From NCBI GenBank assembly GCA_002311335.1, contig DBZX01000015.1:106430-144363 (forward strand): a stretch of DNA of 37,934 bases. Reading direction: 5' to 3'. Positions 20,146 through 29,843 of the stretch are shown one piece after another. Under the pieces are notes generated by a model. It had not been told where the DNA came from and made no database searches. It saw only the letters and a program-made list of their open reading frames with translations. The position numbers and the translations under genes are program-made. The stretch is from a bacterium UBP10_UBA1149 (lineage in GTDB: Bacteria; Desulfobacterota; Binatia; UBA1149). Position 1 is the stretch's first letter. Each line of letters begins with the position of its first letter.

Positions 20146-20631
20146 ATGGCAACAGCAAAGAAGCAACCTACACCGCTTTTCGGTAACGTGACTAACACCG
20201 TGGACAGGGTCCGTGGCGAGGTCGAAGGGGCCGCGGAGCGTTTCGGACGTCGCGCGGTGTCCATGCTCCCGGAGCAGCAGCAGGACCAGGTCGACAAGGT
20301 GGTCGACAAGCTGATCGACAGTATCGGTGAAGTTCGCGAGGACCTCAACGGTCGCGTCGACGAACTGCGTGAGCAGGTCGAAGAGCGCCTGGGCGACGTC
20401 AGGACCCAGCTCGACAAGAGGGTCACCGGGTTGCGCAAGCAGACCAATGGCCGTCGCCGTGAGCTGACTTCCACGGCCCAGAAGGAAGCCGGCAAGCTGG
20501 CCACGCGCCTGGCCAAGTGGCTCAAGCTGCCCGTGCGCGGCGATGTTGATTCGGTCAAGCGCAGGCTCACCGCCATTGAGCGCAGGATCGACGCCCTCGA
20601 GAAGGGGTCACGCCGCAAAGCAGCGGCCTGA
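20146..20631 (+). CDS. Coiled-coil protein, phasin-like (PHA granule-associated protein family)
   Basis: ATG 20146 is preceded by AGGAGGAAAAA. The 161-aa helical protein ends ...KLPVRGDVDSVKRRLTAIERRIDALEK, resembling the conserved C-terminal motif of PhaF/PhaI-type phasins (from memory). The track ORF start at 20005 is an extension. Confidence 0.45.
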   Translation: MATAKKQPTPLFGNVTNTVDRVRGEVEGAAERFGRRAVSMLPEQQQDQVDKVVDKLIDSIGEVREDLNGRVDELREQVEERLGDVRTQLDKRVTGLRKQTNGRRRELTSTAQKEAGKLATRLAKWLKLPVRGDVDSVKRRLTAIERRIDALEKGSRRKAAA

Positions 20632-20681
20632 CCCGGCAATCCAGTACAGCGGGGTTGATCGAGATCGGGAAACCGATTCGG

Positions 20682-22328
20682 TCAGCCTCGCTTTTTCTTG
20701 CCCGCTACCTTCCGTCCCACCCGCCCCCAGCCACCGCCGCCGGGGGTCTGCACGCGCACGCGGTCGCCGGCGGCCAGTTGGAGCTCGGTTTTCGAGGCGA
20801 TGGCTTTCGTTCGGCCGCCGCTGCTCACCGTATCGCGGCCCGGTAGACCGGGCTTTCCGCCCGCCAGTCCCCAGGGACCCTCTTGCCGCCTGTCGGCCAG
20901 CAGTGTCAGCGTGGCCGGCACAAGGACCTCTATTTCTCGATCTATTCCATCACCGCCGCGGTGCTTTCCGGTCCCGCCGGAGCGTCTTCTCAGCCCATAA
21001 CGGATTACCCTCAGGGGGTAATAGGACTCGAGCAGTTCCACGGGCGTGTTGAGCGTGTTGGTCATGTGGGTGTGCAGCGCGTGGCAGCCCGGACCCGACG
21101 GTCCGGCGCCGGCTCCTCCCGCCACCGTTTCGTAGTAGGCAAAGTGGCAATCACGTTTTACGTCCCAACCTCCGAGCGTAAGGTTGTTCATCGTGCCCGA
21201 GCTCGCCGCCGGTATCCGTCCGGGCAGCGCGCGGGCCAGGGCCCGTAGCAACAGGTCTACTATACGCTGCGAGGTTTCGACGTTGCCTCCGGCTACGGCT
21301 GCCGGAAAGCGGCAGTCCACCAGCGTGCCCGGCGTTGTGAGTATGTCTACCGGCTCCATCATGCCGCGGTTGGCCGGTACCCGGCTGCCGGCGAGACAGG
21401 CCACGACATAAAAGACCGCCGACGTGGTCACAGCGAGGTTGGCGTTGAGCGGGCCCCGGCATTGAGGGGCGCAGTCTCGCAGGTCGATCTCCAGGCGTTT
21501 GCCCCGCCGCCGTAGCGTGACCGAAAGTCGCAGTGGCTGCGGGTCAATACCGTCGTTATCGAGTGAGTCGCGGGCGCTGAACTCGCCGACGGGCAGCTCC
21601 TTGATCATGGCCTCGACCAGGCGGCGGGAGTAATCCTGCAGCTCCTTCATGGCGCGCGTGATCCGCCCCGGGCCGAAGCGAGTCGCCAGTTCGGACAGGC
21701 GCTGATCACCGCTGCGCAGGGCCGCGACCTGGGCGTCGAGGTCGCCCATCCTCTCGGCGGGCACGCGGGTGTTGGCCAGGAACAGCTCCATCGTTTCGCG
21801 CACCACGCGGCCACCTCGGTAGAGGTGAACCGGCGGTATGCGGAATCCCTCCTGGTGGATGTCGGTGCACAGCGCCATCGAACCGGGTGCGTGGCCGCCC
21901 ACGTCGGCGTGATGGGCGCGGGCCGCCAGCCAGGCAAAGGGCCGGCGGGCGCGCCCAGCCCTGCTCGACTTGTCGTGGCCGGCGAGGAAGACCGGCGCCA
22001 CTACGGTGAGGTCGGGCAGGTGGGTACCGCCCGAGTAGGGGTCGTTGAGCAGCATGATGTCGCCGGCGATAACGTCTCCGCTGTCAGCCGTCATGGCCTC
22101 GATGGCTGCCTTGACCGACAAGGGTGTCGAGCCGAGGTGCACCGGTATGTGCGCGGCGTGCGACACCATGCCGCCAGCCGCGTCAAAAATCGCGCAGGAA
22201 AAATCGCGACGCTCCTTGATGTTGGGCGAGAAGCCGGCCTGGCAGAGCACGGTGCCCATTTCTTCGGCCACCGCAACCAGGCGGTTGCTGAAGAGCTCGA
22301 GCTCGACGGGATCGAAGCGTTCAGCCAC
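20682..22328 (-). CDS. hyuB: Hydantoinase B/oxoprolinase family protein
   Basis: 548 aa. LNDPYSGGTHLPD motif. An 8-nt overlap with the upstream hyuA-like gene. Confidence 0.88.
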   Translation of the reverse strand: MAERFDPVELELFSNRLVAVAEEMGTVLCQAGFSPNIKERRDFSCAIFDAAGGMVSHAAHIPVHLGSTPLSVKAAIEAMTADSGDVIAGDIMLLNDPYSGGTHLPDLTVVAPVFLAGHDKSSRAGRARRPFAWLAARAHHADVGGHAPGSMALCTDIHQEGFRIPPVHLYRGGRVVRETMELFLANTRVPAERMGDLDAQVAALRSGDQRLSELATRFGPGRITRAMKELQDYSRRLVEAMIKELPVGEFSARDSLDNDGIDPQPLRLSVTLRRRGKRLEIDLRDCAPQCRGPLNANLAVTTSAVFYVVACLAGSRVPANRGMMEPVDILTTPGTLVDCRFPAAVAGGNVETSQRIVDLLLRALARALPGRIPAASSGTMNNLTLGGWDVKRDCHFAYYETVAGGAGAGPSGPGCHALHTHMTNTLNTPVELLESYYPLRVIRYGLRRRSGGTGKHRGGDGIDREIEVLVPATLTLLADRRQEGPWGLAGGKPGLPGRDTVSSGGRTKAIASKTELQLAAGDRVRVQTPGGGGWGRVGRKVAGKKKRG

Positions 22329-24315
22329 CGTCTTTCTCCAGCCGCAGGTTAGACTCGCCGTCTACGCGGGCGGTCCAACCGGTAGCGATCAGCGAGGTCG
22401 AACTGTACTCGGTCACCAACGCTGGCCCCGCGAAACGGTCCCCCATCACGAGGTCGTCGCGACGGTACAGCGGCAGCCTTCGTTTTCTGCCCTCGAGATA
22501 CACGCTCACGTTATGCGCGGGCGTCGGGGTCCTGCTACGGCCAACCGTGGCCACGGTTCTGCGCTTGCGGCGGCGGGCTTCGGTTGCGGTTACGTGCAGC
22601 GCGCAGGCCTCCACCGGCCGCGAGTCGTCGTGGTGGTGAAACAGCCTGTGGTGCTCGCGGTCAAAAGCGGCGCGGAAGCCTGGCTTCAGCGGCACTTCGA
22701 TTTCGCTTGACTGGCCAAGGTAGCGCAGCCCCACGCTTCGGCTCAGCCGTATCCGACCCGGCTGGCAGCCCTGTTGCAGTAGCTCGGCGCGGGCCTGTTT
22801 TTCGAGCGCGAGGCAGCGTTGCCTGAGCTCCCCGATGTCAGGGTCCTGCAGTGACAGCGCGGCCCTCAGGTCGCGGCTGAAGCTGCCCTCCAGCACTCCC
22901 CCCGCCGAAAGCAGGCCGGGGTTGCAGGGCAGCAGTACGCTGGCCATCTGCAACGAATCGGCCACCGCGCAGGCGTGCAGGCCCGCCGCACCGCCGAAGC
23001 CCAGCAGGGTTGCGCCGCGCGGGTCCTGGCCACGCTCTATGGTTATGCGGCGAATGGCCCTCTCCATGTTGGCCTCCACTATCCTGAGCACGCCCTCGGC
23101 GGCACGTTCGGCCGACAGGCCACCCATGCGCTTGCCCAGTCGGGTCATCACCCGGCGTGCCCGCGCAAGATCGACAGGCATTTCACCGCCTAGCAGTCCG
23201 CCGCCGGCGAGTCGCCCGAGCAACGCGTTGGCGTCGGTTACCGTGGGTTCGCTACCTTGCCCGTAACAGGCGGGGCCGGGCGTGGCGCCCGCGCTCGCCG
23301 GTCCTACCTTGAGCGCGCCGCCGGCGTCGACCGACGCTATCGAACCGCCACCGGCGCCCACCGTGTGAATGTCCACGGCCGGGCAGCGCAGCGGGATGCC
23401 ACCGATGACGGTGGTGTTGGTGAGAGGGATAGTCCCGTTGATCAGCGTGACGTCGGTGGAGGTGCCCCCCATGTCGAGTGTCACGGCTTGCTCAAGGTGA
23501 ACTGCGCGCATGACCTCGAAGGCCGCCGCGACTCCGCCCGCTGGCCCCGAAAGCATGCTGCGAACCGGCTCGCGGCTCACCGTCTTTACGCCCAGGCAGC
23601 CACCCGAGGATTGCATGACGCGAAAATCGGGCGTCCCGCACTTCAGCGCGAGGTCTTTGAGGTGCCGTTCCACCCGCGGGCGCACGAAGGCGTTGGCCAC
23701 CGCGGTCGAAGCGCGCTCGTACTCACCGGGTTCGGGCGAGAGCTGCTGCGAAAGGGTCACCGGCACGCCGAGGTGGCGCAGGGCCTCACCCACGGCTTTT
23801 TCGTGGGCCGGGTTGACGTGGGAGTGCAGCAGACACACGGCTATCGATTCGACCCGCGCTCGTCGCAGCTTGCTGGCCAGTTGGTCGAGAGCCGCCTTGT
23901 CGGGGCGCAGCAAAGCTTTGCCGTCGGCCGCGCTTCGTTCGGCCAGGCCGAAGCTCATGTTTCCTGCCAGCAGGGGTTGCTCGCGTCGCGGTTCCAGCCG
24001 GTAGAGTTCGGGGCGGGCCTGGCGGCCGATTTCGAGCAGGTCTTCGAAACCCGCGGTGGTGACCAGTGCGGTGCGCGCGCCTTGCCGCTGCAACATTGCG
24101 TTGGTAGCTATGGTGGTGCCGTAGCCCAGGCGGTCGGGCGGCGTTCCGTCGAACAGGCGCGCCAAGGCGTCGAGTACCGCGCGGCCGGGATCGTCGGGCG
24201 TGGACAACAGCTTGCACCAACCGCTGCTACCGTCCGAACGGCGGTAGACCACGTCGGTGAAAGTCCCACCGGTGTCTACGCCTACCTCGAGTCTGCCTTG
24301 AGCATTGCTCTGCAC
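22321..24315 (-). CDS. hyuA: Hydantoinase A/oxoprolinase family protein
   Basis: LEVGVDTGGTFTDVV N-terminal ATPase motif and DMGGTSTD. The start is set at GTG 24315, 10 codons before the motif. The 89 extra R/Q/H/P-rich codons in the track ORF (to 24582) look non-coding and overlap the divergent gene. Confidence 0.85.
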   Translation of the reverse strand: MQSNAQGRLEVGVDTGGTFTDVVYRRSDGSSGWCKLLSTPDDPGRAVLDALARLFDGTPPDRLGYGTTIATNAMLQRQGARTALVTTAGFEDLLEIGRQARPELYRLEPRREQPLLAGNMSFGLAERSAADGKALLRPDKAALDQLASKLRRARVESIAVCLLHSHVNPAHEKAVGEALRHLGVPVTLSQQLSPEPGEYERASTAVANAFVRPRVERHLKDLALKCGTPDFRVMQSSGGCLGVKTVSREPVRSMLSGPAGGVAAAFEVMRAVHLEQAVTLDMGGTSTDVTLINGTIPLTNTTVIGGIPLRCPAVDIHTVGAGGGSIASVDAGGALKVGPASAGATPGPACYGQGSEPTVTDANALLGRLAGGGLLGGEMPVDLARARRVMTRLGKRMGGLSAERAAEGVLRIVEANMERAIRRITIERGQDPRGATLLGFGGAAGLHACAVADSLQMASVLLPCNPGLLSAGGVLEGSFSRDLRAALSLQDPDIGELRQRCLALEKQARAELLQQGCQPGRIRLSRSVGLRYLGQSSEIEVPLKPGFRAAFDREHHRLFHHHDDSRPVEACALHVTATEARRRKRRTVATVGRSRTPTPAHNVSVYLEGRKRRLPLYRRDDLVMGDRFAGPALVTEYSSTSLIATGWTARVDGESNLRLEKDGG

Positions 24316-24468
24316 GCGTTCGATTTTACCGCGGGCCCGTGGCGCAGGGCGCTGCCCGCCCCACGAGTTGCCGTCAGCGGCAGTCAATAGCCGTTGCCGG
24401 CCGGCTTTAACAACCCCGCCCGGTCGGGCTCTTGCGGGCGTAGCCGGGTGGGGTAAGAATGATGGGCG

Positions 24469-26637
24469 ATGCGTTTTTCTACGCTTGTTGCCGTAGCCCG
24501 GCACACGTTCGCTCTCATGGCCGTGGCCGCCTTCCTGGCGGTGGTGACGCTGTTGTCGGCGTCCTTGGTCCTGGCGACACAACCTCCGCTACCGCTGTAT
24601 ATGGCTGCAGACCTGCCGGAAGCCGAGATCGAAGAACCCGGCGCTTCGCAAAAGGATCTCCTGGAAGACGGCCCCCGGGCGGCCCCCTGGCAGCCGGTTT
24701 CGGCTGCGGGCGAACGCCGCCTGGCCATAGCCGGCAGCGACCGCGTGCTGCTTTCCATGGTCCCGGTACAGGTAGCCGCCGGTGGTCGCGTGTTCGTGTA
24801 CGGCGAGCTACCGGCCTCCCTGCTGGGCCGAAAGCTAGAGGCCGAGGTGCTGCTCTACGAAGAAGGCGCTTGGAAGCGAAGGCATGTTTTCAGTCCGGGC
24901 GAGGGCAAGCTCGGCCGCCTGAGCAGCACGCTTGTTGCTCCCGAACGTGAACCCGGACCGGTGGTGGCGGCCTTGTACGCGCAGTTGGCCACCAACGGTG
25001 GAGCGCGCACCATCAGCAGCCTGCCGGTAAGCATTCCGCGCTCGTCGGAACTGCGTTTTGGATACAGCGTAGATTCCGAGGACTGGAAGGGTCTTGCGCC
25101 GGTGTCCATCACGGTTCGCGCGCGGGTGTTCGAAGACGGGCGGCCCGGGCTGCAGACGCTGAAGCTTTTCAGCGCCACGCTCGACCCTGGCCAACTGGAG
25201 CCGGCTTGGTTTGATATCGACGTGGATGTTTCGTCGCTTGGCGGCAGGCAGGTCAGCATAGAGTTCGAGTCGCGCTCTGTGGGTGGCGGCTCGAAAGTGG
25301 TACCGGCGGTGGTGTGGAGCTCGCCCATGGTGGTCGCCCGGAAGAGCCGAGACAGGCGTCCCTCCCTGGTCATCGTCGGGCTCGATTCATTACGCTATAC
25401 GAGCATGGGCTGCTGCGGTTCACGGCGCGACACTACGCCTTTCATGGACGAGTGGTTCGGTGGCAACGGCGCGATCTTTGACAACGCGTCGACCCCGTCG
25501 GTCACTCCGCAATCGGCGTGGATGAGCTTGTTTACCGGGCTGTACCCGTCGGTGCACGGCGTGCTCGACAACAACGAAGAGCTGTCACCGCAGGTGGACA
25601 CCCTGGCCGCGTTGCTGTCACGGGGGGGCTACCGCACCGTGGCTTTCACCGAGGGTGGTGCCGCGGGAACCTCGAGCCCCCTGGTCGCCGGTTTCGACAG
25701 CTTCGTGGCCGACGAGGGCTACGACCTGGCCGACACCGAGGGCCGCCTGGCCGGCACTCTCGAGGCCGCGGGCAACTGGGTCAACGCGCACTCGGACGAA
25801 CCCTTCTTCATGTTCGTGCACAGCTATCGGCTGCATGCACCGCACCTTCCGCCGCGGGGCTACGGCAGCATGTTCAAGGACGACAAGTTGTTTGCCGACA
25901 GCCGCGTCGACGAGGGCGCCCTGGTGCGCTACGAACGCGAACTGCGCTACGTGGACGACCAGCTCGGCATCTTCGTGGACTCGGTGGTGAGAAAACTCGG
26001 CGGCAACGTAGTGGTGGTGGTCACCTCCAATCACGGTCAGGAGTTTCTCGAGCACGGTGCGAGGGGCGCGGGCAGCCATCTCTACGAAGAATCGTTGAAG
26101 ATTCCGCTCATGATGAGTGGCCCGGGCATAAAAAAGTCTACCCGCTACGACGCTTCGTTGAGCCTGGTGGACCTCGCGCCCACGCTGGTTGAGCTGTTGG
26201 GCATCGACGCGCCACCGGGCATACAGGGAGTGTCGCTAGCCAGTTCGCTGGGCAGCGGCCTGCCGTTTTCGCTGTCGCCTCGGTTCAGCGAGGCCAGGGG
26301 GCGGCTGCGCGTTGACGAGAGCGGCAAAGGCCTGCGCTGGAAATCTCCCGCTTACGCGGTCAAGCAGGGACGCTACAAGCTCATCATGCAGCCGACCTCG
26401 GGTGGTGGGCAGGATCTGGAGGCCTACGACCTCGCGATTGATCCGGCTGAGCGCAACAACCTGCTGGCCGGCGGCGGGCAGGCACCTGCCTGGGCGGCCA
26501 CACTGACCGAGGCCCTCATGGGCTATCCCGTTGCCTGTCAGCAGGTGGCCAGGGGTGCCGGCCCGAGCGTTCAGCGCGGCTACGCCGGTCTGCTCAAGTC
26601 GCGCGCGCTTGGCGAAACGACCGCCCGCAAGCGCTGA
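24469..26637 (+). CDS. Membrane-anchored sulfatase-like hydrolase/transferase (alkaline-phosphatase superfamily) with a ~290-aa N-terminal domain of unknown function
   Basis: N-terminal TM (ALMAVAAFLAVVTLLSASLVLA). The C-terminal half carries LVIVGLDSLRYTSMGCCG, TPQSAWMSLFTGLYPSVHGV, VVVVTSNHGQEF. The canonical C/S-x-P-x-R formylglycine motif is absent. Confidence 0.8.
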   Translation: MRFSTLVAVARHTFALMAVAAFLAVVTLLSASLVLATQPPLPLYMAADLPEAEIEEPGASQKDLLEDGPRAAPWQPVSAAGERRLAIAGSDRVLLSMVPVQVAAGGRVFVYGELPASLLGRKLEAEVLLYEEGAWKRRHVFSPGEGKLGRLSSTLVAPEREPGPVVAALYAQLATNGGARTISSLPVSIPRSSELRFGYSVDSEDWKGLAPVSITVRARVFEDGRPGLQTLKLFSATLDPGQLEPAWFDIDVDVSSLGGRQVSIEFESRSVGGGSKVVPAVVWSSPMVVARKSRDRRPSLVIVGLDSLRYTSMGCCGSRRDTTPFMDEWFGGNGAIFDNASTPSVTPQSAWMSLFTGLYPSVHGVLDNNEELSPQVDTLAALLSRGGYRTVAFTEGGAAGTSSPLVAGFDSFVADEGYDLADTEGRLAGTLEAAGNWVNAHSDEPFFMFVHSYRLHAPHLPPRGYGSMFKDDKLFADSRVDEGALVRYERELRYVDDQLGIFVDSVVRKLGGNVVVVVTSNHGQEFLEHGARGAGSHLYEESLKIPLMMSGPGIKKSTRYDASLSLVDLAPTLVELLGIDAPPGIQGVSLASSLGSGLPFSLSPRFSEARGRLRVDESGKGLRWKSPAYAVKQGRYKLIMQPTSGGGQDLEAYDLAIDPAERNNLLAGGGQAPAWAATLTEALMGYPVACQQVARGAGPSVQRGYAGLLKSRALGETTARKR

Positions 26638-26638
26638 G

Positions 26639-28012
26639 TCAGCCCGCGGTCACCGATACGTTTTCGATTCTCACCGAGGGCACGAGCGCCGAGCTGCTGA
26701 TCAACCTGCGCTCGGACGAGAGCGCGCTTATGTCGCGCAGGGCCTCGAACAGGTTTCCGGCTATCATGGTTTCGCGTATCGGCCGGCGCTGTCCGTTCTC
26801 GACCAGGAAGCCGTTCTTGACCACGCCCGAAAAGTCTCCCGTCACCGCGTTGGTGCTGCCTGAAAAACGGTTGACGAGTACGACGGGGCCGCCGTTGCTC
26901 GCCAGCAGATCGCTTTCTTCACCGGCGGCCAGCTCGATGTAGCTCGGGCCGATACCCGGGGGCGATGACGCCGACCCCGCGGCGTGGCCGGTCGAGCGGG
27001 CGTTGCCACCGGCGAGGGTCGCTTCGTGCTGGTTAAACAGGAAGGTGCGCAGCCGGCCGCCTTCGATGATGGTAGTTTTTGCCGTCGCCACGCCTTCGCG
27101 ATCAAAGGGGCTCGAGGTCACCATCGAGTCGACGGTCGCGTCGTCGACCAGGTTGAAAGCCTCGCAGGCCACGAGCTGCTCGAGCTTGTCGGCCAGGGGG
27201 CTGCGGCCCTTGCGGACGGTGTCGGCGCACAGCGCCCCCATCAGGTTTGACAGAAGGAACTCGGCAACGGCTTCGGGAGACAGCACAACGGGGCCGCGGT
27301 AACTAAGGCCCTTACCGGCGCCCAGCCCGGCCACGCACTTGTCGGTAAAGCGATCTGCCGTCTTGAGCAACGCCGCTTCGAAGCCGTCCAGCCTGCAGCT
27401 CGACTCGCTGTCGTAGTCAAAGCTGGCAATGTCTTCTCCGTCCACCGCCATGCCGAACAGGGATCCGCCGGCCATCGTAGTGGATTTTTCTTTCTCGATT
27501 CCCAGCGAGTTGACGAGGGCGCTGCGCTCGATCGAGAAGCTCACCGACCCCGAGTCGATGGTGACGCGCGGGTCGCGCGACTTGACCGCTTCGGCCAGAG
27601 TCGCGGCGAGGCGGCTGGAGTCGGACACTGTCATTTTTTCGATCGCCGGGTCGTAAAGGCCCTCGATGGTAGTGCTGTCACCCGGGGGTGCGAAGGCGTT
27701 GGCCTCGTCGGCCGGGATGACCGAAGCCTGCTCGAGCGCTTCTTTTACGCTGTCGGCCAGGCGTCGCTCCGATACGTCGTTGGCGGTGACGAAGGCCTTC
27801 GAGCCCTGGCTTATTACCCTGAGCCCGAACACGGTTTCCTCGCGGGACTGAACGGTGTGCACCTCGCCCGACTCAATGTTGGTTTCTACCCCGCGGCCGC
27901 TTTCGACCATGGCTTCGGCCTGTTCGGCGCCGGCGTCAATGGCCATGTCGACCAGTTGTTTGCAGATCTCCAGCGGATCCCGGGGCGAAACACTCCCCCC
28001 TGTCGAGCTCAC
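26639..28012 (-). CDS. pmbA: TldD/PmbA-family metalloprotease subunit (PmbA/TldE-like)
   Basis: About 457 aa, a paralogue of the upstream TldD without HExxxH. GTG 28012 overlaps the tldD stop (GTGA). The track start at 28039 overlaps by 31 nt. Confidence 0.85.
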   Translation of the reverse strand: MSSTGGSVSPRDPLEICKQLVDMAIDAGAEQAEAMVESGRGVETNIESGEVHTVQSREETVFGLRVISQGSKAFVTANDVSERRLADSVKEALEQASVIPADEANAFAPPGDSTTIEGLYDPAIEKMTVSDSSRLAATLAEAVKSRDPRVTIDSGSVSFSIERSALVNSLGIEKEKSTTMAGGSLFGMAVDGEDIASFDYDSESSCRLDGFEAALLKTADRFTDKCVAGLGAGKGLSYRGPVVLSPEAVAEFLLSNLMGALCADTVRKGRSPLADKLEQLVACEAFNLVDDATVDSMVTSSPFDREGVATAKTTIIEGGRLRTFLFNQHEATLAGGNARSTGHAAGSASSPPGIGPSYIELAAGEESDLLASNGGPVVLVNRFSGSTNAVTGDFSGVVKNGFLVENGQRRPIRETMIAGNLFEALRDISALSSERRLISSSALVPSVRIENVSVTAG

Positions 28013-29412
28013 TGCTCGCCCCCGAGCAGGGCCTTGCATCTAATGTAGGGTCCGCCTGCGTCAACCTTGGCCGGCTGCCCCTTGCCGCAGTATCCCGACC
28101 CGAGGTCCCAGCGAAAACTGTCCGACACGCTATCCACCGTTGAAAGCACGTCGAAGGCGATACCGGTCACTGTGACTCCCTTGACCAGCGCCCCGAGTTT
28201 GCCGTCCTTGATCTCGCGCGCTTCCTGCACGCCGAACATGAACTCGCCGGTGGCGTCGGCCTGGCCGTTGCGAGGGCCGTCGAGGAGGTAGCCGTGGCTC
28301 GTGCTCGCGATCATCTCTTCGAGGCTGGTCTGCCCGGGCTCGAGGTAGGTGTTGCGCATTCTTATGAGCGGTTCGTTGGCGTATTCCCAGGCCCTGGCGT
28401 TGCCCGTGGGCGCGACACCGTAGCGCGCCGCGCTCTCGCGGTTGTGGAGGTAGGACTCAAGTATGCCGTCGCGGATGATGACCGTGCGACCGGCGAGCAC
28501 GCCCTCGTCGTCCACGGGTATGGTGCCGCCGGCGCCGTCTTCGAGTTCCGAAGCGCCACTGTCGCACAGCGTGACCAGGTCGCTGGCCACGCGCTGGCCC
28601 AGCTTCCCGGCCGCCACCGATCCTGCTTGCACGAAGTCGGCTTCGACAGTGTGGCCGATGGCCTCGTGCACCAGCAGCCCCACTATCGAGGGCGCCAGGA
28701 TGACCGAGGCGCGGCCGCCCTGCGGGTGCCCGGCCGACAGCAGGTCAACCGCGGTGCGCGCCGCCTTGCTGGCAAAGTACTCGCCGTCGCCGTGGCGAAA
28801 CAGGCACTCCCAGCCACCGGTAGTGCCAATCGCTTCGAAGCCGGTCGACATCTCTCCGTTTCTTTCGGCCACCGCCTGCAGGCGCAGCTCGGGTCGCACC
28901 AGGCGAAAACTCGCAGCTGCCCCGTCGGTAGTGACGATGGCTTTTTCTTCAAAAATTTCCGAGTAGCCGCAGGTAGCAGACGAAACCGACGATGAAGAAC
29001 TACGCACGGTTTCTTCGAGCTTGCGGGCCATGCCGACTTTTTCTTCGAGCGAGCGTTGCTCTATCTCGTCGACTCCCGGTTGGCTGAAGTCACCGGTGGC
29101 GAGCTTGACCTCGGGAAGGTCGGCTACGGCCTCGCTTCGCAGCGAGGCGCCCGAGCGCGCGGCGGCCCGCGCCGACTCGATGGCTCGCTTGACGTCGGCG
29201 GGTTCTGAACTTCCGGTGGAGGCGAATCCCCAGGCGCCGTTCTCGAGCACGCGCACCCCCAGCCCGGCAACCGAGCGCGAGCTGCTGCTTTCGACCTTAC
29301 CCTTTTCTACGACCACACCGCGGGAGGTCTTGGCGTGGTATCTCAGCTCAACGAAGCCACCTGCCGAGGCGGCGGCCTGCTTGAGGGTCTCCATTACTTC
29401 AGCGGCGGACAT
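28009..29412 (-). CDS. tldD: Metalloprotease TldD
   Basis: 467 aa. HEAIGHTVEADF (HExxxH) and a C-terminal GYCGKGQ motif. Confidence 0.9.
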   Translation of the reverse strand: MSAAEVMETLKQAAASAGGFVELRYHAKTSRGVVVEKGKVESSSSRSVAGLGVRVLENGAWGFASTGSSEPADVKRAIESARAAARSGASLRSEAVADLPEVKLATGDFSQPGVDEIEQRSLEEKVGMARKLEETVRSSSSSVSSATCGYSEIFEEKAIVTTDGAAASFRLVRPELRLQAVAERNGEMSTGFEAIGTTGGWECLFRHGDGEYFASKAARTAVDLLSAGHPQGGRASVILAPSIVGLLVHEAIGHTVEADFVQAGSVAAGKLGQRVASDLVTLCDSGASELEDGAGGTIPVDDEGVLAGRTVIIRDGILESYLHNRESAARYGVAPTGNARAWEYANEPLIRMRNTYLEPGQTSLEEMIASTSHGYLLDGPRNGQADATGEFMFGVQEAREIKDGKLGALVKGVTVTGIAFDVLSTVDSVSDSFRWDLGSGYCGKGQPAKVDAGGPYIRCKALLGGEQ

Positions 29413-29427
29413 TGGCTTATTCTAAGC

Positions 29428-29775
29428 ATGTTTTCGGGTTGTTCAACATCCGGCGACGCGGGGGCTTGTGTGCCCGCTCGCGCTGCGGTAATTAGCCGGG
29501 TGGATTCCGCACCTGCATCGGGTGTACCGGCCAAGCCGGGGCGCAAGATCAAGGTAAATCCCTTGCGTTGTAGGTCGGAATCCTGCGATGGCCTCCTGGC
29601 CTTCGAGGAAACGGATGAAGGATTTCTTATGGGGAACATGATCCTTCTGGCGGATGAGGTTGAGGGGAAGAGGTTTTTTCCGTGCCCGAAGTGCAGGGGT
29701 CGCAACCTGGTCGACGAAGTCGAACACGGTGGCAGGACCCGCGTCCGCGTTTTTGGTTTTGAGCCCGGCGAGTAG
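29428..29775 (+). CDS. Hypothetical small zinc-ribbon protein (start uncertain)
   Basis: CRSESC...(32 aa)...CPKCRG gives two CxxC-type knuckles. Third-position G/C is about 70% in this frame by my count. ATG 29428 is the first start outside tldD. No family recognised. Confidence 0.4.
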   Translation: MFSGCSTSGDAGACVPARAAVISRVDSAPASGVPAKPGRKIKVNPLRCRSESCDGLLAFEETDEGFLMGNMILLADEVEGKRFFPCPKCRGRNLVDEVEHGGRTRVRVFGFEPGE

Positions 29776-29843
29776 CGAGAGAGCGGCCTCTGCCGCTTGC
29801 TGTTCTTCGGGCGACAGTCACTGACAGCCACTGGTTCTTTTTC

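Noticed and set aside
24316-24582. N-terminal 89 codons of the 753-aa hyuA ORF as listed.
   Set aside because: R/Q/H/P-rich, with no similarity to hydantoinase N-termini, and overlapping the divergent sulfatase-like gene start. GTG 24315 sits 10 codons before the GVDTGGTFTD motif. Similar upstream extensions were trimmed at 3550, 4610, 7456, 13659, 17856, 20005, 28039 and 33790.
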